Assembly (NCBI GenBank): GCA_965223705.1
Contig: OZ245015.1
Coordinates: forward strand, 3,488,001 to 3,552,000
From: Myxococcota bacterium
GTDB lineage: Bacteria; Myxococcota_A; UBA9160; UBA6930
Length of the DNA stretch: 64,000 bases
Direction: 5' to 3'
In this document: piece by piece, positions 9,811-20,059 of the stretch
Numbering within the stretch: the stretch's first letter is position 1
Layout: each line of letters opens with the position of its first letter
Notes under the pieces: model-generated
What the model was told of the DNA's origin: nothing
The model's input: the letters and a program-made list of their open reading frames with translations, nothing else
The model's database searches: none
Made by a program: the position numbers and the translations under genes

Positions 9811-11919
9811 CTAGTCCTCGACCGCCGTCACCAGTGCATCGACCGCCAAGGTACCGCCCCCTTCGGGCATCACCATCAGCGGATTAATCTCGAACTCGGC
9901 GACCTCGGTCATCGCGAGGAACATGTCGCCGAACCGAACCGCGGAATCGACGAGTGCGTTGATATCTGCGCGCGGCGCGGCGCGGAACCCTCCGAGCAGC
10001 ATCGACAGCTTGAGCTTTTCGAGGGCCCTGCGTACCTGCGCAGCATCGGTGGGCAGTGCCAGATAGGCCACGTCTCGAAATAGCTCGATTCCGACGCCGC
10101 CGAGGCCGATCGTCAGGACGGGTCCGAAATCCGTGGCGCGGAGGCAAGAGAGAACCGCTTCGACGCCTCCTTCGACCATCTCCTGGACGAGGATCTCGGC
10201 GTTCGGCTTGCCCATGATGCGCCTGAGAGCGTCGGCCTGTGCATCGACATCCTCCGGCGACCTGACCCGCAACCTGACGAGGCCGAGCTCGGTCTTGTGT
10301 TCGGCATCGCCGGGCAACGCCTTCACCACCACGGGCCAGTTGAGACCGTGGCAAGACTCCGCAGCACCATCGCCATTGCGGAGGACCCTCCACCTCGGTG
10401 TGCCGATTCCGCAGTCCGCGAGAGCGGCCATGGTTTCTTCCCAGCTTCCGGGGCCCGGCCGTTCCGTCTGCGGTGCGCGTACCTCTGCGTCCGGTCGCGC
10501 CAAATACCTCGCACTTCGGTAGAGCCACTCGAGCGCTTTCATGGCGGCCATTGGATCCTGGCAAGCCAGGACGCCCGCCTCGCGCAACGCCCGCAACGGC
10601 TCCTCGGGCGGTCCCTCGCCGGCAAAGCTCAGGACGACGGGCAGTCGTTTGTCCCGCGCCAAGGCCTTGAAGTGCTCTCCCTTCTCGTCGAGATCGCGCC
10701 GTCCACTGCTCGAGAACTGCATGATGAACGCCTCGGTACGGGGATCGTCGGCGATGAGCTCGAGGCTCTCGTCGAACATCTTTGGCTGCGCCCGCACCTG
10801 CCCCGTCATGTCGGCCGGGTTCTCCGCCCGGGCGAAATCCGGGAACAGCGCCTCGAGAGCTGCGCCGACAGAAGGGCTGAACTCCGCCATCGGAACACCG
10901 AGCTGCTCCGCGTGGTCGGCGAGTAGCGCGCAGGCACCGCCGGACAGGCTCAGGGCCGATGCACCGCCGCGGAGGTCGTCCGTGACGCGCGGAGGGGACA
11001 GGTACGTGAGCGCTTCAATCGCGGAGACGACATCTGAGAGCGATTCGATGGCGACAATGCCCGCCTGCTCCCAGACGTCACGATAGATCGCGTGGGGTGA
11101 GGCGACCTTTCCGGTGTGCGAGCGGGTCGCCGATTGACCGAGCGACGAGTTGCCGGACTTGAGCGCCACGATCTGGACCCCGTTGGCCCGAGCGCGCTCG
11201 GCGATCTGCAGTATTCGGGAACCTCCCCTTAGCCCTTCGACGTAGAGCACGACGACCCGAACGTCCTCTTGCTCGATGATCCAGTCGAGGAAGTCGAGGA
11301 GCCCGAGTTGCGTTTCGTTACCGACGCTGACCATGTAGGCGCAGCCAATGCCGCTGCTTTGGAGCTGAAAGCCGATGGCTCCGGCGAGAGCACCGCTCTG
11401 GCTCACGATCGCAACCGGCGCGTGGGTCAGATGCTCGAGACGGAGGGCGGCCGCGCCGAAGGACAGCACCGTCTTCCGCCGCACGGACCAAGCGCCTTGG
11501 CAGTTGGTTCCGAGGAGTGAGACACCATTGCGGTTGGCGGTTTCGAGCACCTTCGCAGCCAACGCCTTGCCCGACTCCATCTCCTCGAAACCGGCGCTAA
11601 AGACGACGGCTGCGGGAATTCCCTTCGCACCACACGCGTCGATGACGTCCGGCACCGTGTGCGACGGAGTGATCACCAGCGCCAAGTCCGGAGCCTCCGG
11701 CAGGGCCAAAAGGTCCGGGTAGCACCGAATTCCCTCGACTTCCCGATGCCGCGGGTGGACGGGGTAGACTGTTCCCGGGAAGCCGGTCTGAACCAATACG
11801 CGAACGATCGAGTTGCGCGGGGTGCCACGATCCGGCGACGCCCCGACCACGGCGACGCTCTCTGCCTTGAAGATGCGGTCGAGCGCCTGGAAGTCGGAAG
11901 ATGAGGAGGTCGTTGTCAT
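9811..11919 (-). CDS. ADP-forming acyl-CoA synthetase (acetate--CoA ligase family, alpha/beta fusion)
   Basis: VAVVGAS, SQSGA, VSVGNE, SHTG phospho-His, NPADMT, HKTELG, EINPL. Start chosen at ATG 11919 (uncertain). Confidence 0.9.
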   Translation of the reverse strand: MTTTSSSSDFQALDRIFKAESVAVVGASPDRGTPRNSIVRVLVQTGFPGTVYPVHPRHREVEGIRCYPDLLALPEAPDLALVITPSHTVPDVIDACGAKGIPAAVVFSAGFEEMESGKALAAKVLETANRNGVSLLGTNCQGAWSVRRKTVLSFGAAALRLEHLTHAPVAIVSQSGALAGAIGFQLQSSGIGCAYMVSVGNETQLGLLDFLDWIIEQEDVRVVVLYVEGLRGGSRILQIAERARANGVQIVALKSGNSSLGQSATRSHTGKVASPHAIYRDVWEQAGIVAIESLSDVVSAIEALTYLSPPRVTDDLRGGASALSLSGGACALLADHAEQLGVPMAEFSPSVGAALEALFPDFARAENPADMTGQVRAQPKMFDESLELIADDPRTEAFIMQFSSSGRRDLDEKGEHFKALARDKRLPVVLSFAGEGPPEEPLRALREAGVLACQDPMAAMKALEWLYRSARYLARPDAEVRAPQTERPGPGSWEETMAALADCGIGTPRWRVLRNGDGAAESCHGLNWPVVVKALPGDAEHKTELGLVRLRVRSPEDVDAQADALRRIMGKPNAEILVQEMVEGGVEAVLSCLRATDFGPVLTIGLGGVGIELFRDVAYLALPTDAAQVRRALEKLKLSMLLGGFRAAPRADINALVDSAVRFGDMFLAMTEVAEFEINPLMVMPEGGGTLAVDALVTAVED

Positions 11920-11952
11920 TGACCATCTAACCATGGCACATCGCGGGGAAAC

Positions 11953-12741
11953 GTGTCCCAAGACATTCTACTGACCGTCGAAGATGGCATCGCGACCATC
12001 ACCTTGAACCGACCCGAAAAGCGGAACGCGTTTACCGACGACATGCTCCTCGACTGGGTCCGAATGCTGGACACGTGCCAGGAAGACCCCGAGACCAAAG
12101 TCGTCGTCATCACCGGGGCCGGAAGTGGATTCTGCGCCGGCGGTGACATCGGCCGCATGAAGGAGAAGGCGGCCCACGGCCCCGTCGGAGCGAAAGGCGA
12201 GATCTCGAAGATCACCCAAGCTCTTCCGCGAAAAGTGAGCGGGTTCGCCAAACCGCTGATAGCGGCGGTCAATGGAGCGGCCACGGGGGGTGGACTCGAC
12301 GTCGCGCTGATGTGCGACATCCGACTCGCCAGCCAGAGCGCGGTCTTCGCGCAAACCTATGCGAAGCTCGGTCTCTTCCCGGGTGTAGGCGGCGCCTACT
12401 ACCTACCGCGACTGATCGGTGCGGCGAAGGCACTCGAACTGCTCTGGACATCGCGCTTTCTCGATGCCGAAGAGGCGCTCGATCTCGGTCTCGTCAACCA
12501 CGTCTATCCCGACGATGCGTTCCGCGCGCGCGTGCACGAATTCGCGCTCCGCATCGCCCGCGCAGCTCCTCTCTCCGTCGGCTACATCAAACGCGCTCTC
12601 TACCAGGGCCTGGAGACCGATCTGGCGACGCATCTCGACCAGGCATCTTCGCTCGTGGCCATGCTGCGAACGACCGACGATCACCTGGAAGCGGTCGCCG
12701 CATTCCAGGAGAAGCGTGCTCCGGTTTTCAGAGGTGAGTGA
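11953..12741 (+). CDS. Enoyl-CoA hydratase/isomerase
   Basis: LNRPEKRNA, FCAGGD, AVNGAATGGG, AFQEKRAPVF. Confidence 0.93.
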   Translation: MSQDILLTVEDGIATITLNRPEKRNAFTDDMLLDWVRMLDTCQEDPETKVVVITGAGSGFCAGGDIGRMKEKAAHGPVGAKGEISKITQALPRKVSGFAKPLIAAVNGAATGGGLDVALMCDIRLASQSAVFAQTYAKLGLFPGVGGAYYLPRLIGAAKALELLWTSRFLDAEEALDLGLVNHVYPDDAFRARVHEFALRIARAAPLSVGYIKRALYQGLETDLATHLDQASSLVAMLRTTDDHLEAVAAFQEKRAPVFRGE

Positions 12742-13558
12742 AGACCAATCGCGCCTCCACTACCGCGTTGCGGGGAGAAGCGACGGCCCGGTGTTGGCCC
12801 TCTCGCATGGTCTCATGTCCTGCAACGCACAGTGGCTGGTCAACGAGGAAGTGCTCGGGCGGAATTTCAAGCTCGTCATGATCGAACTGTGGGGTCACGG
12901 AGGCTCACCGGCTCCGCAAGATCCGGCCGCCTACACGGTGGGCCGATACGTTCGCGAATTTGAAGCGATTCGAGGCGCCGTGGGGGCCGCGGCGTGGACG
13001 CTGGTGGGCCAGTCCTACAGTGCGGGCCTGATGCTTCAATACGCGCTCCGTCACCCCGAGTCCTGTCGCGCGGTCATCACCACCAACTCGAGCTCGGCCT
13101 TTGGCGCAGCGGAGGCCAAGCGCGCCGCGCGGCCCGACAAGCGCAACGTTCCATTGATGGATCCCGACGTTCCGTTGCACGAGCTCCCCTTTCACCCGAA
13201 ACACGCGCGCCGTCTTCCGCCGCACGTGAAGGAACCCATGGTCGCAAAGGCCGACCTCATTCCGCGCCGCGCCATCACCCAGAGCGGCAACCTCCTGCGC
13301 GACCTCACGTTTCGCGAGCGTCTCGACACAGTGCCGACACCCGTGATGCTTGCGAACGGTGTTTACGAGAAACCGTTTCAGGCAGACGTGGCCTACCTCG
13401 AGTCGCGCTATGCGGGCCTCCGCGTCGTGCCGATGGAGGGTGGTCATTCGGTGAACATCGAAGCCTCCGATGAGTTCCACGTTGCGGTAACGGGCTTCTT
13501 GGAGGCTCTCGAAGACGGAGACCGCGCCCCGAAAGTGAGTCGTCGCGCCGACTCGTAA
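12734..13558 (+). CDS. Alpha/beta hydrolase
   Basis: LSHGLM, GHGGS, GQSYS nucleophile elbow, GGHSVN catalytic His. GTG start overlaps the crotonase end. Confidence 0.85.
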   Translation: MSEDQSRLHYRVAGRSDGPVLALSHGLMSCNAQWLVNEEVLGRNFKLVMIELWGHGGSPAPQDPAAYTVGRYVREFEAIRGAVGAAAWTLVGQSYSAGLMLQYALRHPESCRAVITTNSSSAFGAAEAKRAARPDKRNVPLMDPDVPLHELPFHPKHARRLPPHVKEPMVAKADLIPRRAITQSGNLLRDLTFRERLDTVPTPVMLANGVYEKPFQADVAYLESRYAGLRVVPMEGGHSVNIEASDEFHVAVTGFLEALEDGDRAPKVSRRADS

Positions 13559-13623
13559 AAGCGGTTGTACTGGGGCGGCACCTGATCAATGCTTGCGCAA
13601 AGAGACCACGCACCGAGGGAACT

Positions 13624-14478
13624 ATGACAGAACATGCACTCCAGACCCTTGCCGACGGCTTCGTCGTCCTCGAGACCCCGCGCTGGCGGGGCGACCGGCT
13701 GTGGATGTCGGACGTCTTTGGCGAAGCGGTCTACACCATGACCGAAGACGGGAAGAGCACGCTCATTGCGAAAGTTCCGGGACGCGCGGCTGGAATCAGC
13801 ATCCTGCCGGACGGCCGGTGCGTGGTGGTGTCCCAGGCCAACCGAAAGTTGATGCTCGTGGGCGACGACGGGGAATTGAGCGTGTACGCAGATCTGACAC
13901 CCTTCGCCCAGTACGATTTGAACGACACGGTTTGCGATGAACTCGGCAACATCTACGCCGGACATTTCGGCTACGACCTCTACAACGACGCCGAACCCGA
14001 GCCGGCGACGCTGATCATGGTCACGCCGGAACGAGAATGTCGCGTAGCGGCCGAGGGTGTCTATTTTCCGAACGGCACGGTGATCACCCCGGACGGGGGG
14101 ATGCTGATCGTCGCCGAGACTTTCGTCGGAAGATTGACCGCATTTGATCGCGCACCGGACGGAACGCTGTCCAACCGGCGCGTCTGGGCCGAGCTCGGCG
14201 ACCGCACCCCGGATGGAATCTGCCTCGATGCGGCGGGCGCGGTTTGGGCCGCATCGTTCCTGACCGGCGAGTTCGTCCGGGTAGAGGAAGGTGGCAACAT
14301 CACCGACGTCATTCCCGTTCCGGGTAAACGCGCCATGGCTTGCACGTTGGGCGGCTCCGACGGGAAAACCCTCTTCTGCATGACCTTCGAGGGTACGCTG
14401 GAAGATATCGTCGCGGGCCACAAAGGGGCGCGCGTCGAAGTGTGTCGCGTAGACGTGCCGGGAACCGGCTCGCCCTAG
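13624..14478 (+). CDS. SMP-30/gluconolactonase/LRE family protein
   Basis: ETPRW, LNDTVCD, FPNG, PDGICLDAAGAVW. Confidence 0.92.
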   Translation: MTEHALQTLADGFVVLETPRWRGDRLWMSDVFGEAVYTMTEDGKSTLIAKVPGRAAGISILPDGRCVVVSQANRKLMLVGDDGELSVYADLTPFAQYDLNDTVCDELGNIYAGHFGYDLYNDAEPEPATLIMVTPERECRVAAEGVYFPNGTVITPDGGMLIVAETFVGRLTAFDRAPDGTLSNRRVWAELGDRTPDGICLDAAGAVWAASFLTGEFVRVEEGGNITDVIPVPGKRAMACTLGGSDGKTLFCMTFEGTLEDIVAGHKGARVEVCRVDVPGTGSP

Positions 14479-14506
14479 AGCCACTTAGAAAATAGGCGGT
14501 TCAATC

Positions 14507-15724
14507 ATGAACGAGCTTCCCACGCACGTCCTCTCCGGTATGAAGGTTCTTGACCTCACCCGGGCCCTCGCTGGCCCGAGCTGCACGCGCATGTTCGCCG
14601 AGATGGGAGCGGAGGTGATCAAGGTCGAGGCGGGCCCAAGCGGTGATATGACCCGCAACTACTCGAAGAAGAACGATCGGAGTCTCTACTACATCCAACA
14701 GAACCTGAACAAAAAGAGCGTCTGTCTGGACTTCCGCAAGCCGGGTGCGCTCGAGATCATCAAAGAGATCGTTCCTCACGTCGACGTCGTCGTCGAGAAC
14801 TACAAGCCCGGGGTGATGGCCGATATGGGGCTCGCGTACGAGGATCTCACCGAGCTGAAAAGCGACATCATCCTCTGCTCGATCTCGGCCCTCGGGCAGA
14901 GTGGTCCGCTCGCTTCAAAGCCGGGTTACGACTACATCGCGCAGGCGTATGCGGGGGTGACCTCGATGATCGGGGAACCCGACGACGCTCCCTACATCCC
15001 CCTGGTCGGCGTGGGCGACGTCAACACCGGCGTCACCGCGGCACTCGGCGTGATGGCCGCACTCCGTCATCGCGATCAGACTGGAAGAGGGCAGCACGTC
15101 GACGTCGGTCTTCTCGACGTCTACTTCCATTGCCACGAGATCAACGTGCACCAGTACTCGGGAAGCGGCGGCGAGATCGAGCCCACCCGTACGGGCCGTC
15201 ACGTCACGTACCTGTCGCCCGCCGGCGTCTTCCGGGGCACGGGCGGCTGCGTCGTCATCATGGCGTTCCAGAATCACTGGAAGGACCTATGCGCCGCGAT
15301 GGAGCGACCGGATCTCCTCGACCACGAAGTTTTCGGCGAAGACGCGACCCGCGTCGAGCACAAGGCCGAGGTCGTCGAGATCGTCGAGGCCTGGCTAAAG
15401 GGCTTTCCGGACACCGATACTCCGGTGAGGAAGATGGAGGAGCACGGGGTGCCCTGCGCGCCGGTCCTGAGTGTCGCGGAGGCCGTCAACCACCCGCATC
15501 TTCGGGCACGCGGCACGGTCCGTACCGTGAAGGACCGGATCGCCGGCGAGTTCGATATTCCCGGTCATCCAATCCGCTTCTCGGGCGTACCGGGTGACCC
15601 CGGCTATCAAGCCCCGCTTCTCGGCGAGCACAATCGCGAGGTTCTCTCGGGGTGGCTCGGCAAGAGCGACGCCGAAATCGCCTCGCTCCGCGAATCGGGC
15701 GTGCTGATCGAGGGTGACGTCTAA
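14507..15724 (+). CDS. CoA-transferase family III (CaiB/BaiF)
   Basis: LSGMKVLDLTRALAGP, GAEVIKVE, VENYKPG, GYDYIAQA, APLLGEH. Confidence 0.94.
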   Translation: MNELPTHVLSGMKVLDLTRALAGPSCTRMFAEMGAEVIKVEAGPSGDMTRNYSKKNDRSLYYIQQNLNKKSVCLDFRKPGALEIIKEIVPHVDVVVENYKPGVMADMGLAYEDLTELKSDIILCSISALGQSGPLASKPGYDYIAQAYAGVTSMIGEPDDAPYIPLVGVGDVNTGVTAALGVMAALRHRDQTGRGQHVDVGLLDVYFHCHEINVHQYSGSGGEIEPTRTGRHVTYLSPAGVFRGTGGCVVIMAFQNHWKDLCAAMERPDLLDHEVFGEDATRVEHKAEVVEIVEAWLKGFPDTDTPVRKMEEHGVPCAPVLSVAEAVNHPHLRARGTVRTVKDRIAGEFDIPGHPIRFSGVPGDPGYQAPLLGEHNREVLSGWLGKSDAEIASLRESGVLIEGDV

Positions 15725-16137
15725 GAAGGCGCCTCGCCTTCAACAGGTAAGAAGTACGGAAGCGCGAAGCGGTCGTCGAACCGGACGACCTCGCACTGAA
15801 GCGGCATCCCCACGCGCAGCGAGACCTCCCTTCCGGGGGGAATCCCGCTGACCATGCGCACGCCTTCTTCCAGATCGACCAGCGTGATGAAGTAAGGAAC
15901 CTGCGGTGCGAGCATCGGATGCACGGGATGCTGCACCTCGGTAAACGAGCCCAGCGTCGCCCTGCCCGAAGCCGGCTTCCACGCCGTGTTGAAGGATCGG
16001 CACTTCGGACAGATCGGCCCCGGTGGATGATGCGCCGCACCGCAATCCTCACAGAACTTGAGATGCAGCGTTCCCGACGCCAAGTGGCGCCAGTACGGCA
16101 TGTCGAGATACTCGTCGCTCGGTCGGATGACGGTCAT
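15721..16137 (-). CDS. DUF35 zinc-ribbon/OB-fold protein (ChsH2 C-terminal-like)
   Basis: CEDC..CPKC zinc ribbon, VDLEEGVRMVS. ATGA overlap with the upstream thiolase-like gene. Confidence 0.9.
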   Translation of the reverse strand: MTVIRPSDEYLDMPYWRHLASGTLHLKFCEDCGAAHHPPGPICPKCRSFNTAWKPASGRATLGSFTEVQHPVHPMLAPQVPYFITLVDLEEGVRMVSGIPPGREVSLRVGMPLQCEVVRFDDRFALPYFLPVEGEAPS

Positions 16138-17303
16138 GCGCGCCCCAACACCATGGAGCTGGCTCCGCGCAGCGTGACGAAGATCGTCTCCGCCTCGACT
16201 TGGTTGGGGGATTCTCCGCGAAGTTGGCGAACCCCTTCGGCGATCGTGTTGAGGCCGTGGAAGTACCCTTCTGAGAGCAGACCGCCGTGGGTATTGATGG
16301 GAAGTGCTCCGCCCGGGGCGTGGCCGCCCGACGTCAAAAAGTCGGCGGCTTCGCCGCGCCCGATGAAGCCAAAGTCCTCGAGCGCGATCGGCACCATCAT
16401 CGACGTCGCATCGTAAATCATCGCAACGTCGATATCCGAGGGGGAGATTCCCGCTTTTCCGAAGAGCTCCTTTCCGACCTCTTCTGGCGCGAGGCTGTAG
16501 GTCTTCGGCGTGTAGAGCAGCATCGGAACCGAACCCGGGTACGCGTACTGACCCGCGGCGAGGACATCGACGTGTTTCGCGCGAAGAGAACGCGCCCGTT
16601 CGCGGGAAACGATCACCATGGCCATGGCTCCGTCGGTCTCGAGGCAGTAGTCGTAAATGCGAAGCGGGCTGCTGATGACGCGACCCGCGCGGTAGTCGTC
16701 CATGGTGAGCGTGCGATCCCGGAGCAGTGCGCGGGGATTGCGATTGGCATAAGCCCGCTGGGTCACGGCCACCGACCCGAGCATCTCGGTCATCGCTTCT
16801 TCGTCGAGGCCGTAGTTTCCGGCATAGCTCTGCGCGTAGAGGGCGTGATGTTGTCCGGGAACCAGCAGGCCGAACGGTGCGGAATAAATGTCGCCGGGCG
16901 GCTCCGGCTCGCGACTGATGAGCCAACCATCCTTGGGGTCGAGCACCCGCTCACCCCTCCCCAGCCGAACACCCGACCGCGCGTTGAGCGCCCGGTAGAA
17001 AACGATGCAGCTGGCCAGGCCGGCCTCGATCGCCGCGGAAGCTTGCGCGACGGCGCCGCAGCAGTTCACGCCACCGAACTCGGTCTCGCCGTAGTATTTG
17101 ATCGAGGGCAGACCGAGCGCGTTGACGATCGCCGCTTCGCTCGTGTGATCCCAGGTGTAGCGGACCAGTCCATCGATATCATCGATTTCGAGCCCGGCAT
17201 CACCGAGGGCGGCGACAATCGCTTCAACTGCCAGTCGCAGCTCGCTCCGACCGGAGTTCTTCGAGAACTCGGTCTGTCCCAGTCCTACAATGCTTGTCTT
17301 CAT
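16134..17303 (-). CDS. SCP2-type thiolase / lipid-transfer protein (Ltp2-like)
   Basis: IVGLGQTEFSKNSGRSELRLA, DYCLETDG, IYDA, NTHGGLLSEGYFHG, VRQLRG. Confidence 0.9.
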   Translation of the reverse strand: MKTSIVGLGQTEFSKNSGRSELRLAVEAIVAALGDAGLEIDDIDGLVRYTWDHTSEAAIVNALGLPSIKYYGETEFGGVNCCGAVAQASAAIEAGLASCIVFYRALNARSGVRLGRGERVLDPKDGWLISREPEPPGDIYSAPFGLLVPGQHHALYAQSYAGNYGLDEEAMTEMLGSVAVTQRAYANRNPRALLRDRTLTMDDYRAGRVISSPLRIYDYCLETDGAMAMVIVSRERARSLRAKHVDVLAAGQYAYPGSVPMLLYTPKTYSLAPEEVGKELFGKAGISPSDIDVAMIYDATSMMVPIALEDFGFIGRGEAADFLTSGGHAPGGALPINTHGGLLSEGYFHGLNTIAEGVRQLRGESPNQVEAETIFVTLRGASSMVLGRA

Positions 17304-17424
17304 GAACCGTCGCGCTCCCTTCGCTGGTCAAGGCGACGCTTCCCATGCTACACCGAGTGAGGTGCGCGCTCGTCCGGTTTCTCGGATCCCACGATCGCGT
17401 TACCCCCGATGAGGAGTCGAGACC

Positions 17425-17781
17425 ATGACCGTACGAACCATCGCAATCCTCGGGCGCGCCCCCGGTATGTCGTTCAAGGAGTTCGATCGCTACTGGCGAG
17501 AGGTGCACGCACCGATTGCGGCCGAAGTCCCCGGCGTCAGCCGCTACGTGCAGCGGCATATCGTTCCCGAAGGCGATGAGCCCAACAATGAGTTCGGCAT
17601 CGACGGCTTCGCGGTCCTCGACTACGAAAGTGTCGAGGCGATGGAAGCCGGCTGGGCCAGTGAGAAAGGGCAGCGGGCCCTCGCGGACGTTCCGAACTTT
17701 CTCGGACGTCACGACGTCGTGGTGCTCGAAGACCATGTCGTCGTCGACCGGGACGGCGACGGCTCGAAGAACGGGCACTAG
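17425..17781 (+). CDS. EthD family protein
   Basis: PGMSFKEFDRYWREVHAP..YVQ..DGFA..ADVPNF. Confidence 0.85.
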   Translation: MTVRTIAILGRAPGMSFKEFDRYWREVHAPIAAEVPGVSRYVQRHIVPEGDEPNNEFGIDGFAVLDYESVEAMEAGWASEKGQRALADVPNFLGRHDVVVLEDHVVVDRDGDGSKNGH

Positions 17782-17787
17782 CGCGGC

Positions 17788-18564
17788 ATGCCGCTTCCCG
17801 GGGTCAAGCAGTTCGATCTCACCGGAAGAGCGGCCATCATCACCGGTGGGTCGAAGGGCTTGGGCTTCGCGATCGCATCGGGTCTGGCCTCGGCGGGCGC
17901 CGACGTCGTGCTGAGCAGTCGCGACGCCGAAGAGGCGACCGCGGCCGCGGAAGCCATCGGCGCCGACTTCGGTCGCCGCGCGCTCGGGTTCCGTTCGGAC
18001 GTCACGTCGCCGGAAGATTGCGACGCCCTCGTCGCGCAGACCCTCGACGCGTTCGACCGAATCGACATCCTGATCAACAACGCGGGAATCGTTGTGAGAG
18101 GCCCGATCGACGAAGTGCCGTATGAAGCGTTTCGCGAAGCGCAAGCGACCAACGTCGACGGAACGTGGCTTCTGAGTCGTGCCGTGGTGCCTCACATGAA
18201 GCGAGCGCGCTACGGCCGCATCGTGAACTTGTCGAGCACCCTGGGGCTCGTCGGCCTCGAAAACCGGACCCCCTATGCGGCCAGCAAAGGGGCCGTCGTG
18301 CAGCTGACCCGTGCTCTAGCGCTCGAGCTCGCGCCCTACGAGATCACCGTGAATACCGTCTGCCCCGGTTCCTTCCTCACCCCGATGAACGAGCCATTCG
18401 CCGATTCCGAGCCGACGCTCAAGTTCATCGCGCGAAACGTTGCACTCGGGCGTTTCGGACGGCTCGAAGAGATCCAGGGCGCCGCCATCTTCCTGGCCAG
18501 CGCTGCGGGCAGCTACGTCACCGGGAGCGTGTTGACGGTCGACGGCGGTTGGACGGCGCGCTAA
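17788..18564 (+). CDS. SDR oxidoreductase
   Basis: TGGSKGLG, NNAG, YAASK, DGGWTA. Confidence 0.93.
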   Translation: MPLPGVKQFDLTGRAAIITGGSKGLGFAIASGLASAGADVVLSSRDAEEATAAAEAIGADFGRRALGFRSDVTSPEDCDALVAQTLDAFDRIDILINNAGIVVRGPIDEVPYEAFREAQATNVDGTWLLSRAVVPHMKRARYGRIVNLSSTLGLVGLENRTPYAASKGAVVQLTRALALELAPYEITVNTVCPGSFLTPMNEPFADSEPTLKFIARNVALGRFGRLEEIQGAAIFLASAAGSYVTGSVLTVDGGWTAR

Positions 18565-18565
18565 G

Positions 18566-20059
18566 TCAGGCGACGAGTTCCGCTCGGTTGAGCGCGTCTG
18601 CGCCCGAACGGAGGCGCACCGACCGCCCGATTTGATTCCGGGTCATGAGCTCGGCGTACGTATCGGCATCATCCGGCGCATTAGCGACGAAGCGCTCGCC
18701 CTCGGCGGTCCGCCCGTAGACGATGGCGCGCACGGGCGTTCGGTCTCGCGCAAAGATCACCGTGTAGGTTTCGATCGTTCCGAGCCCTTCCGGTGCGTCG
18801 TCGATCGCGACCGGCGGGTCCCCCGCTTCGGGCCGAGCCGCATCTTCGAGGTCTCCTCCCAATGGACCGTCGCCGCGCGGGGTCGCGCCGTAAATTCCCA
18901 CGGCGTACTTGTGCATGAACCAGCCGAGTGCAGTGGTCATCCCGAGTCGGTAGCGGCCGTCGGCGATCGCCTCCGCGGTGGTCGCGATTCCGTGGAGTGC
19001 GTAGTTGCTACCCGGCCCACCGAAGAACCCGAGACCGCCGGTGAGTGTGAGCGGACGCGGGTCGCCGTCGTCGATGCCGAGCTCGCGGCGAGCGACCGAC
19101 ACCGCGCAGGGGAAGCAGCTGTAAAGGTCGAAGCAATCGACGTCTTCCACGCGAACACCCGCGCGCTCCTCCGCCAATCGGGCGGCCCGAGCCATCGCGG
19201 GGCTCCGAGTAAAATCCGACTTCTCGACCATGAAGCGCTGGCGGTCCTTGGCGTAGCCACCGCCCAGGAAGTAGACCGGGCGTCCACCGCCTCCGCGGGT
19301 CGCCCGCGCGCGTTTTTCCGTCGTGAGGATGATCGCGGCGCCGAGGTCCGCCATCACGAGCGAAACCATCCGTTTGGTGTACGGGAAAGCAATCGGACGA
19401 TTGTCGGGACCGGGCGTCACGATCTCTTCCGCCGTAGCCGGATGACGCGTCCACGCGTTGGGATGGCGAGCGGCCACCTCGCTGAACCCCGCCCACGTCG
19501 TCCCGACGCGCGCCAACCATGCGTCGCGATCCAGACCCGATTGCGCCCACAACGCGTTCTCGAACAACGGGAAGCCGTGAATCGGAAGCGTCAGACCGTG
19601 GCGCGCCTCGAGCTCGCTACTCCCGACCGCGTCCTCTTCGTCGTAGTCGCTCGGAACGCCCTGAATGAGGGCTTGCTCGCCGCGAACGGCGTCCGCAGAA
19701 CGGGGGTAGTAGGTCTCTGCACCGCAGATCAGAACCGTTTCGGCTTCGCCGCGCGCGAGTAGGCCTGCCGCCTCGTTGACGAACTGCTGCGGGACCTGTC
19801 CCCCGATCCCCGAGACCCGGACACGTTTCGGTGTCGCCCCCAACCGAGCGGAGAGTTCGCGACCGACATCGGCGAGATTGCGGCTCTGGGTGCGAACCAA
19901 GAGAAGCGTATCGATGCTCTCGAGAACGCCGACGCCCGCGATTGCGCCCGCTTCGCGAGCGGCTGCCTCCATCAAATCGACGGGGTCTCGATACGGGGGC
20001 TGCGCATCTTTCCGTTGCGTCGCGTGCCCCCAACCCGTGACGACGACCTCGTCGGGCAT
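18566..20059 (-). CDS. Thiolase-like protein (acetyl-CoA acetyltransferase superfamily, TLP-type, with an extra C-terminal domain)
   Basis: GIGGQVPQ, IAFPYTK, DLYSCFP, TGGLGFFGGPGSNY, IETYTV. ATG 20059 overlaps the LLM stop. Confidence 0.85.
   Translation of the reverse strand: MPDEVVVTGWGHATQRKDAQPPYRDPVDLMEAAAREAGAIAGVGVLESIDTLLLVRTQSRNLADVGRELSARLGATPKRVRVSGIGGQVPQQFVNEAAGLLARGEAETVLICGAETYYPRSADAVRGEQALIQGVPSDYDEEDAVGSSELEARHGLTLPIHGFPLFENALWAQSGLDRDAWLARVGTTWAGFSEVAARHPNAWTRHPATAEEIVTPGPDNRPIAFPYTKRMVSLVMADLGAAIILTTEKRARATRGGGGRPVYFLGGGYAKDRQRFMVEKSDFTRSPAMARAARLAEERAGVRVEDVDCFDLYSCFPCAVSVARRELGIDDGDPRPLTLTGGLGFFGGPGSNYALHGIATTAEAIADGRYRLGMTTALGWFMHKYAVGIYGATPRGDGPLGGDLEDAARPEAGDPPVAIDDAPEGLGTIETYTVIFARDRTPVRAIVYGRTAEGERFVANAPDDADTYAELMTRNQIGRSVRLRSGADALNRAELVA

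Noticed and set aside
15721..16926. 401-aa ORF ending in the DUF35 domain; similar over-extended ORFs at 18566-20506, 12419-13558, 21304-22566 and 62289-63749
   Set aside because: The upstream parts are off-frame overlaps with neighbouring genes. True starts were reassigned from RBS position and stop/start coupling.
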